DNA of 64,000 nt from Paecilomyces variotii (Eukaryota), in NCBI GenBank assembly GCA_004022145.1, contig RCNU01000001.1; one strand, 5' to 3'. Of this stretch, positions 1 to 12,711 are shown one piece after another (within the stretch, counting starts at the first letter, position 1; each line of letters starts with the position of its first letter). The notes below the pieces were generated by a model that saw nothing but the letters and a program-made list of their open reading frames with translations, made no database searches and had not been told where the DNA came from. A program made the position numbers and the translations under genes.

Positions 1-589
1 CTGTTGTTTTTTCTTTACTATCCCATCAGAAATCTTGTCAGACTGGTCTCTAGCCGGGTGTGTTTAACTCTGTCGCCCTTACCTGCCTAGGGGCAGGAGA
101 GCTCGAGCGGTGCCGCATCTTTGTGGAATAAATCTTCTCTCTTCGTCTCATCAAGACTTCCAATACCACCTGTATTTGCCATCAAAGGCAGTCGGGTCGC
201 ATCTCCATTACAGAAAAGCAATCACATCGCGGATTGGCGAAGTATAGTCTGTTCCTTTTGGGGCCTTCGGTCCGGATTGTACGTATTTTCTGGTCTTTGT
301 CGTCTTGCTATTGCTTTTTTCTCTCTTCCCTGTCCCAAGTCTTTCTACAATTCGACTTGCATGGGTTTTCAAAGCAATGAATTGTTTTTAGCCCCCCCTG
401 CTCTGGATATCAACTGAAGCTATGTGATGTCACCGCAATTTCTCTGGTGCTAATGATGGCGTGTGCCGGCAGACATGTACTCTCCTTGAATCATCGAGAA
501 ACAAAGAAGAAAAAGAAGAAAGTCTCTGTGTATAACACAATCAAGCAATCAATCATTCCCATTGCGAATCACGTCCACCCCTAACCACA

Positions 590-1891
590 ATGGCCGCTGA
601 GGATGATAACTTTGACATTGATATCTATGGTGACGGAGGTAGTTACAATGCCAATGAACAGGGGGACTACAAGCAGGAGGACCAAGAACTGATCTTGGAC
701 GCCCCCACCAACAACCAGGGCGGTGCCCAAAACGAAGAAGGCGCTAGAGACGCCAAAGACAGTAGCGGAGACAACCAGGCCAACGGTAACGGAAATGCCA
801 CAAACATGGAAGGAATCAATCAAGACACAGGCAATCCTCCACAGCAGACACCTACCCCACAGCAAGGTCAGAAGCGAAAGGAGAGTTCAGACGAGCGGCC
901 CATGGATCATGACGCTACCACAGCTCTGTTTATCTCTGATCTCTTCTGGTGGACGACAGACGATGACATTCGAGGATGGGTCAACCAGGCCGGCGCTGAG
1001 GAAGAGCTGAAGGATGTAACTTTCAGCGAACACAAGGTCAACGGGAAGAGCAAAGGGTAAGGACAAACTCATGCAAGGACAGCAAGATTTAGACGCTAAA
1101 CGTGTAACTGTACAGACAAGCCTTCGTCGAATTTCATACTCCTCAGGCCTCTTCAGCTGTCAAGCATCAGATCGAGAATTACGCCGCAAATGGACAGACT
1201 GGAAGAAAACACACTGTTACCTATGCAAACCCTCACACAAACCCATTCCGCACATTGCCAAAGGACGCCCCCATGCGTAAGGACGAGCGCGCGCGGTCAG
1301 GATCCGGGTTCAACTCTCCGAACCAGAACATGAACTTTGGCATGAACAACATGGGTGGAGGGTTCCGTGGCGGTCGTGGAGGGTTCAACCGAGGAGGCAT
1401 GGGTAACAACATGGGCTATGCCAACCGGAACTTCGGCGGCCCCATGGGTGGCTTTCAGGGTCCTATGGGCGGAGGTTTCCAGACCCCTATGGGCGGCATG
1501 CAGAACTATGGTGGATTCAACCGCGGAGGCATGATGGGTGGCATGCGTGGCGGACCTGGGGGGATGCGAGGTCGTGGAGGTGGTGGTATGGCTGGTCCCA
1601 ACATGATGGGCATGCCTAATATGGGACCTATGGCTGGAATGGGTATGAATCCCATGGCTGGCGGTATGAACCCTATGATGGGTGGTATGGGTGGAAACAT
1701 GGGCATGCAAGGTAAGTCAATTGCCGGCGACGATTCCCCAACGTCGACCGATGGCTAACAAGCGCCCGTTATTTCAAGGTGGTTTCCAGACTCCTAATGG
1801 TCCTTTCAATCCAGGTTTCTTCCCTCAGAACCAGGGCGTCGGAGACGGCTCCTGGAACCCGCATGGTGCTAAACGGACCCGACAGGAGTAG
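590..1891 (+). CDS. RBP35: RRM protein of cleavage factor Im (CFIm68/CPSF6-like; Rbp35-type), 3 exons (590-1056, 1116-1711, 1779-1891)
   Basis: Spliced RRM reads ALFISDLFWWTTDDDI...KVNGKSKG/QAFVEF, matching the CPSF6/7-type RRM. C-terminal RGG repeats and a Met/Asn/Gly-rich tail follow. Both introns are GT-AG with branch-like motifs. Confidence 0.8.
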
Positions 1892-3105
1892 ATGATTTCC
1901 CGTCTGGGTATTGCTTTTCTTATCAGATCGATCATATCGGTTATTGCCATCTGGGCGTCCAGAAAGATGTCTCCCAGACTTGGTTGCTTTGGCTCCTCTT
2001 TCCGTTTCTCTTCTTGTCTTGCTCCAGAACACTTATCCAAATCGGCTCGCGGGTACCGGAATTATTCTATTTTCAACGGTGTTTTCGGAATTCTCAGGTG
2101 TATTAGATGAATCAAAGGGTTTCTTTTCTCCTTTCCTGTCCTCAAATGTGTTAAAAAGTCTCTTTGTCCTCGGCTGCGTTACTTTTTGCGATGTATCTTG
2201 CAGATGGCGGAAATTCCCCATATCTTGTAGCTTGACCAGATGTGTGTATTTCATACATGGAGAACCGATTTGTGTCAATCTGTTTGCGATGAATGCTACA
2301 CCATTGTCTAACTTAGTACGTTCTTGGAAATACCGTTTCCTTTCGATGTTTCATATCTCTATAAATGCGTATTTCACCCGAGCTGAGAAGGCTCCAGCTG
2401 TCATGTCTGGTGTGCAATGTTGCTATGTGTATATACGTGTTTATGATGTCGAATTTAATGCTAGAAACCGCCTCGTACGGTTATATGGCTTAACATCTTG
2501 AGTGTACGAGTACATGTCGAGGGTTGATATTATCCTTGAGGGATTAAGCATCAGTAGCGGAGCCAAACCATCGGCCTATTAATAGTATCCCAAATTGACT
2601 CTATACTCCGCGGAAAAGCTCCAATACAAACTCCCAGGGCATATGGTTGGACTATGGAGACATTCGGCACGGTGTTTGCTTTTTAGCGTACTGCATACAA
2701 CCGAGGTACGCGTATACCATGCCACAGAACAGCCTATGCACGCACCAAGCAACCTCATCTACTATATGCAAATGCTCAATTTGGGCGTTCTGTCTCGTTC
2801 CTGATGACGCCGGCGGGGAAAGCGATGGTGTGATTTTGGCGCTATCGTCTGCCGCGCCGCCGTTCGTTGCATCTCCAATTGAGCAAGTCGAGAAAGAAAG
2901 TTAACTTACTCTAGATTCTCCTCACGGGGGTGCGGATCCCGAGTCTGTGCTGCTTTTCATCATTTGGACACATTCCAGGTCGGATTTAAGTACCTGGTAA
3001 AAAAAATCTGGATAGGTGAAAGATCCGAAGCTTTGCTGTAGCTGCTTTTCTTTCGTTGCGAAAAGGAAGAAAAACAAAGCTGGATTATTTCCTTATCTTG
3101 CCACG

Positions 3106-4725
3106 ATGGGAAAGGTAAAGAGTGTCGCCGTTATTGGTGCGGGGCCTGGGGGAGCTATTGCTGTCGATGCTCTCGCGCAGGAAAAGGCATTTGATGTGAT
3201 CCGTGTCTTTGAGAGGAGGGAAAAGGCTGGAGGGTGCTGGTAGGTGATATGGTTGGAATTTTGTTCTTGAAGGAATTAAGCGCTGACGGTATTCATCAGG
3301 GTGTACGATGAAGAAGAACCACCGGTGCTTTCTGATTTCGATCAATTATCCAACCGCACAGCTGGAGGCCCCATTGACATTCCGGACAAGCTTCCAGGAT
3401 ATGCGTCGCGGTCACCTAGTCACCGATTCACGGATACTGCCGTGTATCCGGCGCTGGAGACGAACGTGGATGCGGCGGCCATGTCCTATTCCCAAGAGGA
3501 TATACCGGAAATCCGAACGAAGAATTCAATCAACCTGCATGGTCCGGACACGCCGTTTCGACACCATACTGTGATCAGACAATGGGTCGAAGATCTCCTA
3601 AACCGCAATGGATATCAGGATCTAGTGGAGTATAACACGACGGTTGAGAAGGCTGTGAAGGATCCGAAGTCTGATAAATGGGTCCTCACGTTAAGAAGGG
3701 GCGAAAAGGCCGCAAAGGAGGATTACTGGTGGATAGAGGAGTTCGATGCTTTGGTGGTCGCTTCGGGACATTACAGTGTGCCTTATATTCCGCATATTAA
3801 GGGTCTGAAAGAATTCGCGGAAGCGTATCCGGGAAGTATTGAGCATACAAAGGGATATAGACATCCAGAGAAGTATAGAGGGAAGGTATGTTTGGAGTTT
3901 TTCTTCCGAGGCTATATCCCATCTAATGCAGTTCCAGAGAGTCATCACTGTCGGCGCATCCGTCTCGGGCGCCGATACGGCCGTCAGTATAGTCGACGTT
4001 GTACAGCCTCCAGTCTATGCTGTTGTTCGCGGAAAATACAACGTCTATTTCGGAGATGAAGCTTTCAAGCATCCGAACATCGAACGCAAACCGACAATCA
4101 CCCACGTCTCCCCGGAGAACCGGACAGTGTATTTCGAGGATGGTACCTCTGTTTCTAATGTAGACTACATCATCTTCGGCACGGGGTTTACTTGGAATTT
4201 GCCATTCTTACCAGATATCCCGACGCGGAATAACCGCATCCCTGATCTATATCTCCATGTCTTCCACCAGCAGGATCCAACATTGACTTTTGTCGGGGCG
4301 GTACGTGCCATATCTACTTGCAGTTCAAGATGATTACGAAGAAACTAACATAATCCACCACACTACAGGTCGGCGCCGGACTGACGTTCAAAGTCTTTGA
4401 ATGGCAAGCCGTGCTCGCTGCTCGTGTCCTGGCAGGGAAAGCACAACTGCCTCCTCTTTCAGAGCAGCAGAAATGGGAACGAGACCGGATTGCAGAGAAG
4501 GGCGACGGACCTGCCTTCACAGTGATATATCCGCGTTTCGAGGAATATTTCGAGACTCTACGCAAGTTGGCAGGAAACCCGAAACCTGGAGAGCCTGGAA
4601 GACGGTTACCGGAATTCGACCGTCGCTGGGTAGAGATTTTCAATTCAGGACATGAAAGACGGAAAGCGATGTGGAGAAGGAAGAATGAGCAAGCACGGAA
4701 GAAGATTGCTGCTTCGAAACTATGA
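3106..4725 (+). CDS. Flavin-containing monooxygenase (FMO, thiol-specific monooxygenase-like), 4 exons
   Basis: VAVIGAGPGG FAD motif, FERREKAGGCW, VVASGHYSVP, FMO signature-like IEHTKGYR, VGASVSG NADPH motif and IIFGTGF. Introns at about 3240-3298, 3886-3937 and 4301-4368 join the ORF fragments. Confidence 0.9.
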
Positions 4726-5578
4726 TGATATACAAAGTTTTGGGGTATATCAGGGATGTTACTATTAGAGTACTATTCTCTAGAATATGGCCGATGAGAG
4801 TTCAACTGTATTGTACACATGCGGGAATGTTATCTTGGGGATTATATTTGATGGATTGAATAAAAATGGCAGATTCTCTCTGGATTTTGGCCTTAGTTAA
4901 CAGACGAATAAATTGATAACCTATCAACTCGAAGCGCGTATAAGCTGTCCTAAATTTGATAACCATGATATTATAACTACGTGAAACCCGTAGGAAAAAT
5001 CCTTATTCCCTAGCCATAATACACACGACCGATAGACGGAAAAAGATAAGCGTGGACTCTAGGTAGCTTATACCATGAGCATCACGCCATCATATCCACC
5101 TTTTAAACCATCAAGCTATCACGATAAACGTGTTATCCCACACAACCCCCGCGCAAAGATACGCCCTAACTGCTCCATAGCAGCGAATGAAGTTCTTTCT
5201 AGAAAAATTAGGAAACGGCTTATGTCCTTTTTAGAAGATAGCTATGGATTCTGCAGAATGAAACGTAGGGCCCGTGCCATGTGCCAAGGGCACCCAAATC
5301 CCGGAAATTCATGAGACAATTTAGTTATTATGGCGAATTGTGTGTAAAAATAATAGCGGTTGACATTGTAGCTTTTTTTTTTCTTTCTCAAATTGGATCG
5401 TTCTCTTAGAGGGCTAATGTTCGTCGCGCTCGTCTCACCACCCCTTTTCTTTTATCCGCGAGTGATTTGAGTAAACTCGAACGAGATCGAAAGGCGAAAA
5501 CAAATACCTGGAAGCTTTTACAGAGCCCAGATTAATCGGACACAAGCTGGAGAGTCTTGAGCTCGCATTCGTCCCAGA

Positions 5579-7277
5579 ATGTCATCCACATCTGAGGGAC
5601 AATTTCCATTGAAAAATGGTGGAACTCCAGAAAAAGATGTCTCTTACATCGAAGATGATATCAGTCCCAGCCATGATACCAAAGCAGAGAAATTGGCACG
5701 TACAAAGTAGGTTCTCTTTTTACTTGATGCATCCATGGGGTCTACCCAGTTCCCTGTTTGGGGCGACGATCCTCGAGAATACCATTTTCTGATATTGCTT
5801 TGACAGGGCTGACCTTTCGGTGCTACCACTCTTGTTCTTGGGCATGACTGTCTTCCAGCTCGACCGTATGAATTTGGCTAGTGCATTGACGGGAGGCTTC
5901 ATGGATGCTATACACGTGAACCAAAATACGATCAACTTAGGAAATCAATTGATGTTCCTCGGGATCGTTGTTCTGGAGATCCCATCGAATATGTTACTCC
6001 AGCAGGTGAGGATACGTTATATCCATGTCTTTTTGCGGATCAAGTCCGGAGTCAGAACGTATATTAACTTGGTGAAATATACAGATTGGTCCACGCAAAT
6101 GGATCGCAGCACAGGTTTTCGTTTTTGGTGTCATTGCAACCTTTCAGATCTTCTTGAAGTCTAGAGCTGGGTTTCTGGTTACCCGCAGCCTTTTGGGGTT
6201 GGCTGAAGCAGGCTATATCCCGGGTTCCGTATACACTCTATCAACATGGTATACTAGACGGGAACTCGCTAAGAGAGTGGCATTTCTCTTCTTTGGCATG
6301 TTTGGTGGAAATGCAATCTCGCCTCTCCTAGGAGCGGGATTATTGCGATTAGATGGCCGAGGAGGACTTTCTGGGTGGCAATGGATATTTCTGAGTACGT
6401 ATCAGAGTGCTTAATCCAATTGCAAACCCAGGAAACACTGACAGAATCAGTCGAGGGTATATGGACGATTTCGGTGTCCCTTCTTCTCCTATTCGTGCTC
6501 CCTGGGAGCCCCGATACTCCTAAACCGCTGTTGTCGAAGGGCTTAATCCGGTTTTCTAAGGAAGACCAACTTGTTCTCTGCGAACGGCTGGAGAGAGACG
6601 ATGAAGAGAAGAAAGGGGGTGCTCGAGGATCGCCCATCCCGCTTAGAATTGTCCTGAAGACATTGTTAAACTACCGGAGATGGCCACACTACTTTGCCAC
6701 CGCCAGTGTCTTCGCGACTTGGAGCCCTCTGACAACATATACGCCTACTATAATCATGGCACTAGGCTTCCAGCGTGTTCAGGCGAATGCCCTTGCTGCA
6801 ATCGGCGGCTTCATTACGCTCCCGGTGGTCTTCTTCTTCGCCTGGGTTAGCGACAGGACTAACAAGCGGGGCCTAACCGTCATGGCAGCCATCACCAGCT
6901 ATCTTATCGTGCTAATTGTCGCTAGAATCGTACATCCACATGTGGGCAAGTGGAGTCGATTTGGCCTCTGGACGGCAATCAATGGGATGGCAGTGGGGTA
7001 TCACCCAATTCACAACACGTGGGTTCAATTAAATTGCACAGATACAAGAGAGAGAAGTATTGCTATCGCGATGTGGGTAATGAGCGCCATTCTCGGTCTA
7101 ATGGCAGGGACACAAATATTTCGAAAAGATGACGGCCCGTTTTACCCCACGGGCCTGGCCATTATGATTGCGCTGGTGGCTTTTGGTTTGGTTATGGCAG
7201 CGGTGCAGGAGGTCATATATCTGGCGCTCAACCATCGAACGAGGAGCAAAGGTGGACGAGCACTGTATGTTCCTTGA
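5579..7277 (+). CDS. MFS transporter, Dal5/Tna1 (anion:cation symporter) family, possibly alternative sulfate transporter-like; 4 exons
   Basis: LDRMNLASA, LEIPSN...IGPRKW, LGLAEAGYIPG...WYTRRELAKR and GLSGWQWIFL motifs. Multiple TM segments. Exons join in frame from the ATG at 5579. Confidence 0.85.
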
Positions 7278-8204
7278 TTTTGAAGTGTTTTAAATGATAT
7301 TTGGCCTTCAAATATTCGAAGTCAGTGCAACAATAGAGCAGTAGGAGCCATGTTTTTTAATTTAGGATTGATACAATCCCGCTGGTCACCAGACCATGTA
7401 AGTGTTCTCCTGTTAGACTCCTTCCTGTCATTTACAACTTATATACGTCTCATCTGGATGACACAAGGAAAGGCCAGTTGAAAAGGAAGCTGAATAGGTC
7501 ATACGTAGCGGATACATCAACGATAGGCATAGGGGTTAGGTACTAAGGATAATTGGTAGAAGGTATAAAGATGTAATTCTCGAGAGATACTACTGTCACA
7601 CACATTAAATACTAAAACATAGGGAACTCGTTATGGCTGACTTCATAGTCTCTGCATGCCTACTATGAGATCCAGCTCAAACTGCCGAGGCCCTAAGCCC
7701 TATCTATCCAAAATGGGACGGGCCTCCGAGCCGCAAGCCGACGGCGACCTTGGATACATTTTGCCATCTTCACGGTTCATACCAAAGAACGAGACATCCT
7801 TCCGCGGTCAGTTTGCCCCGATCGCTTATTTTCTATATCTCCTTTTCGGTGATATCCGAGTTGCACGTCGATCTCCACCGGCGAGATCTTCTCTCTCCAA
7901 ATAAGCTCAATAAGGCCCCACGGAACTTGCCGAGTTTCCTGCTGATCAATGTCCTGTTGCAGAAAAACTTCTGGTACTACTGTACATTGAATACCACAAG
8001 GGCTTTGTCTCTGCAGAGGAGATATCGCCAAGGTATGGGACAGGTGGACATGCTGTTCCAAGATCTGTGTACAGGCAAATGAGCGTGTGCGAGCTTCGCG
8101 GAACACTATCCGAAAAGCTCAGCTAATTGTGTTACTATCCTCGCTCAATCGGACCTACGGAGAGACCTCGAATTTGACTTTGCTGTGGTTCGCGCTGTCA
8201 GTTA

Positions 8205-8798
8205 TCCGTGACTTGTAGCTCACCCACGCCCTTCCGGTCGTGGGTGAGCCCCCCCGTATCTTCAATTCCTACCAATCTTCAAAATTTTTCTTTAGGTACC
8301 TTTTGTATGGGAATACCATATAAAAGGTACATAAGGCCAAAAACACGATATATCCATTTATCTCAATATTTTAGTAGAGAACACCTTTATTTTAATTAAT
8401 AATACTAAAATAATATAATATAATAACCTATAGCTTTAATTTGAAATTAAAATCTTAATTATTAAAGCAAGCGTTTGCTTTTTTATTTTCCCCATATAAA
8501 AAATTTTTGGTGAGAAATCTTTAAATACCAATATATCTCTTATTTTTAATGAGAGCTTTTTAAAAATTTAAATTTAAATTATCCAATAATAATATTTTGA
8601 TATTATCAGTTAAAATAAAGGTGTCCTCTACCAAAATGTTGAGATAATTGGATATGTGCTGTTTTTGGCCTTATGTACCTTTTGTATGGTATTCCCATAC
8701 AAAAGGTACCTAAAGAAAAATTTTGAAGATTGGTAGGAATTGAAGATACGGGGGGGCTCACCCACGACGGCAGGAGTGGGTGAGCTAACAGTCACGGA
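8205..8798. mobile_element. Non-autonomous DNA transposon (MITE) with ~210-bp terminal inverted repeats and TA target-site duplication, probably Tc1/mariner-pogo(Fot1) derived
   Basis: Ends read TA|TCCGTGAC...GTCACGGA|TA. About 8205-8415 is the near-perfect reverse complement of about 8590-8798. The core is AT-rich and non-coding. Confidence 0.9.
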
Positions 8799-9456
8799 TA
8801 TCGTGCAGTGCTAACGCTTTGCGTCCCCTTTCTATATCTTCTAGGCCCCTTGGCGCCCGGATTTGGTCTAGCAACAGCGCCATAGCGAGTCTCTTTACAA
8901 CGCGTGACGCCGATTTGCTCCGCCGTCACCAAAGAAAGCACCTTCTAATTTGCCCCGTTCGCTTATTGATTCAAGTCAGTCTTTTAACTCCAACTAGGTT
9001 GACTCCTATACCAGAGATGCAGGTGTCAAATGCAACCCAAATGATCATGACCAGGGCTAACAAAGTGCTTGGCACCTGGAAGTTCCCTTTGAATTCGTCT
9101 ATAATTACCTGAACGAAGACAAATGCTTTGGCCTAAGCCATGGTAAGTTAAGCAGAAAAGTGAATATTCGAGGAAAGCATGGACCGGTCTTCCAAGTTCT
9201 AGTGTCACTGCGGGGATGGCTAGGTTTCGTCCTACTTAGGTCCAGTATAAGTAACCCCATGTTTCTATCTGTTTCACTCAGGGTGTATTATTATTGTTTC
9301 TTCACCAGCCAGTCGTTTCTGTCGCCCCCGCTCGTTACAATTGTTTCATTAATTCAAATATCTCACTTATACCTTCGAAGTTGGCGTCGATATCGTTCTA
9401 CTGCCACTTTCTGTATACTTCTCCCCCTATCCGGAAAAGGAAATCAGCAAGCCGCC

Positions 9457-10197
9457 ATGCGCATGTTCCTGAACCTGCTTGGCCTTTGTGCCACCATGGC
9501 CTCTGCCATTCAAATCATAAGCCCTTATGGAAATTCCACCGTGGCCGCGGGCGCCAAAACACTGATCCAGTGGTCTTCTGTTGATACGGACCCTTCCAAC
9601 TTCGGCATCTATCTTGTCAACTTTGTCAACTGGCCGCCATCTTATGTTCCTCTGGCTCTGGACGTCCCCACTGAGGATGGCTCCTACTCTGTCCAGATCC
9701 CCTGTGACACTCCCGCTAGCTGGGGTTACCAGATCAATGCGATCAACGGCACCAACGTCTATGTGATCTATGCGCAGAGCAACAAGTTCAGCGTTTCTCC
9801 CGCTCAGGCCGGTTGTGTTGACAGCACGCCGGTTTCTACCTGCGCTGCGCCTGCAGCGACGACCGTCTACGTTACGGTGAGCCCTACCGGTTCCTCAAAG
9901 AACTCCTCTACCCAAGCACCCGCTACTGCTTCTTCTTCTTCTTCTTCATCCCCTGTTCACTCTCATTATACCAAACCGGGAGTCGTTCCTAAGACTATTG
10001 GTTGGAAATCAGGCTACGCCAGCCCCGTGACGCTCGAGCACCCTCCGACTCCGAAGCCTTCAGCCCCCTCCTCCGAGGACAGCACTGGGCTTGTGACTTC
10101 GATGAGCAACGATATCGCTGCCGCGCAACCGACTGATGTTGAGATCACTTATGTTACGACTTGGGTTACGGTGGCATGTGAGGAATGGAGATATTAG
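9457..10197 (+). CDS. Secreted Ser/Thr-rich cell-wall protein with Kre9/Knh1-like N-terminal domain
   Basis: Signal peptide MRMFLNLLGLCATMASA, then IQWSSVDTDPSNFGIYLVN...YQIN...AQSNKFSV and an S/T/P-rich tail. No obvious hydrophobic GPI signal. Confidence 0.8.
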   Translation: MRMFLNLLGLCATMASAIQIISPYGNSTVAAGAKTLIQWSSVDTDPSNFGIYLVNFVNWPPSYVPLALDVPTEDGSYSVQIPCDTPASWGYQINAINGTNVYVIYAQSNKFSVSPAQAGCVDSTPVSTCAAPAATTVYVTVSPTGSSKNSSTQAPATASSSSSSSPVHSHYTKPGVVPKTIGWKSGYASPVTLEHPPTPKPSAPSSEDSTGLVTSMSNDIAAAQPTDVEITYVTTWVTVACEEWRY

Positions 10198-10578
10198 AGA
10201 TGACATCTCAGGCATTGCGCCTGTCTAAAATTTCGGACAACTTCAGGACTTAATCTTTTCTCCTCGAGGTCCTACGTGGCCGAGTCTGTTCTTGGATGGG
10301 TATATGCAAAGGTGATATTTATATAGTATCGAAATTACCACATCGCACAAGAATCCAGATAGAATATGATATAGTATACTAGTTAACTAGTGACATCCTT
10401 AATCTAATGAGCGGTTTCGTCAAAGAAACCGATATAAGAGCAGTTGTTCAAATCCACTCCGTTTCGCATCGCAGTTTAACGCGGAGACGAGATGAGTAAT
10501 AGCTTTGTGGTCTTCTTCCGCCCGTTCGAACTGGGAAAGTCCCTGAGAATTGCGGCGGCGAGACAACATTGAAGTCTT

Positions 10579-12139
10579 TTAAGACTCCTTCAGTTCTTCG
10601 AAAAAGTCTTTCCCGGCTTTGTCGTGGATCCCATCTACCCACATAAAACTCTTTAGAATATGTCTGGCTTCGCCCCAAGTTGTGATTCCAAGAGTCTGGC
10701 TTATCGTAAGCAGTTTTGCTCCCAGCCATAAGGCATCTTCTGGGCCGTCCAGTAGTGATACTCTGCCGACGAAAAGTAACCAGAGAGTCAACCTCAGCAG
10801 TTCGTCATTGACGTCATGTTCTGACGATTGTAGTGCTGCTCGTAGTTTCCCTACCAGGTGCTGGTACCTTATTGAAATGCCCCGAATATCGATCAATAGC
10901 ACGATCGAAAGGGTGAGCATGGCGACCCGCAGGACCTCTTGTTTGTCATGAACATTGTAGGATAGGTGTTGTAAGCGGTACTGCACGGAGATCAGTGCCT
11001 CCTGAAACAACCCGGATGAGACTTTACATTGGGTTTGGTGCGCAAGGTTGATTCCCGTCGTGAGTTCGCGGAGGTCGAGCCATACATTGACCAAGCGGAT
11101 GTCAGGCATATCACACACAGTGTGTACTGGGGTTATTGTAGACGCCTTTTGAGAGTCAAGAAGATATGGTTTCCACGAAATACTATCGTCAGTGAAGAAC
11201 AGAGGCTTGGATCCAGTTTTAAGAGCCAGACTGAGATCAATTCTGTGGCGTGGGTATTGCAGTCAGCGGGGATATAACACCATCTTTGAGAGATAGAACA
11301 CTAACCTGCAGCATTTTATTTGGAGGAGAGGCTTCTGCGAAAGGCCTCTTATCCCACCACGAAGTTTTACCAATTCGTGCAGACCATGCAGGTGCTTCTG
11401 AGCTGCCTCATGATCGTCAAAGGCTTCCGAGACCAATACCAGCGCAAGGACGGTAAAGATAGTCGAGTCCGTAATGACTAGGTCAGTCTCTGCTAGTTTG
11501 TTTCGTAATCGAAACATGGTCTTATTCATATGCATGATGGCTCTGGGACCGAATGTTTGGCTTCCGACAAAGTCAAAATACGCCCGAGCAGTAGACAAGA
11601 TGGTGTGGGCATAAGCGGGATCATGGCTGAGGTCCCGGAACCAGTTTTGTTCCTCATTTCTGAGATCAACACAGCATTCTACAGGGTACATAATCTTTTT
11701 CATAATGGTGACAACTGGAGTGGGTTTCATATTAGCTGCAGTGGTTGAACATAGGTTAACGAGGATTCTTACAGTCGTAAATTAGGTGCAGCATGCGTGG
11801 CTCCATCTCCGCAAAACCCAATAGAGAAGGAGTACTGCTGTTCAGCTGAAGGCCCACAGGAGTTGCGAAGGGACCATGGAGTGAATCCATGCTTGTTGTA
11901 GCCATCTGGAAAGCGTTCAGGTCGTGCGCATTGTTTATCCAGGAACCAAGCGCCAACTGCGATGAAGCAATGGGCTTGCGATTCTTGCCTTTCATGACAT
12001 GGCGTCGAATGAATCTCCGCGAGCTTGCATCCGGCTTGATGCTATCCTGGCCCGTTGCCACGATGAAAGGGTCAGAAGAGCCATATGATGAAGAGCTCTT
12101 GATTGCTTTCGCTTTCGTGCAGACCCCTGGAGCCGCCAT
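10579..12139 (-). CDS. Fungal-specific transcription-factor-like protein (no Zn2Cys6 cluster visible), multi-exon
   Basis: N-terminal FIVATG...RRFIRRHVMKGKNRK motif, HLHGLHELVKLRGG, and C-terminal LWLLFVG...WGEARHILKSFMW typical of fungal TF-domain proteins. ORF pieces 11756-12184, 11263-11730 and 10579-11118 are separated by introns. Start codon uncertain. Confidence 0.65.
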
Positions 12140-12711
12140 TTCGACTGGTGCGCCCCGGCGCTCATACGGAGAATCACTGCGCAACGTGCATTGCAGATTA
12201 TTTGAAAATAAGATCCTGACGGATCGTCTGCTCTAGGAAGCGATCATCTTGGAATAGACCGTCGGTTGATCTGGATGGCAAGATAGAGTATTCGTAGTCA
12301 CGGGACTCGATAAGGTTCTGGCCCACATTATATATGCCAAGACTTGATTGATTGCCTATTTGGGCAAGTATGGTGCAAATATAGAGTAGAGTGAGTTGGA
12401 GTCCGCGATACGCTGGAGTGGATTGACAATTGGACTGCGTAGTCAGTAGTCACAAGTCACAAGTCACAAGAGGAATTTCCGTTAGAGCCAAGGAATTACT
12501 GCATGCTGTTCTTGGTAAACAATTGTAATTTTGGACGGTGGATCTCGCAGTCGCTCCACTTGCTCTAATGGAGACCAGCAAAGGGTATATAAATGTGGAA
12601 GCGTGCTGCTGCGAGGAAGGGTTTGAGCGAAGAAACTGCAACTTCAATGCATATACATTCGGGAGATATCTAAAGTCTTTCACAGTTATTCCTCGCCGAT
12701 AAATACACAAC

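Noticed and set aside
2190-2510. TGTA (CFIm-binding) motifs in the 3' region of the Rbp35-like gene
   Set aside because: Only a handful of 4-mers, not distinguishable from chance without statistics.
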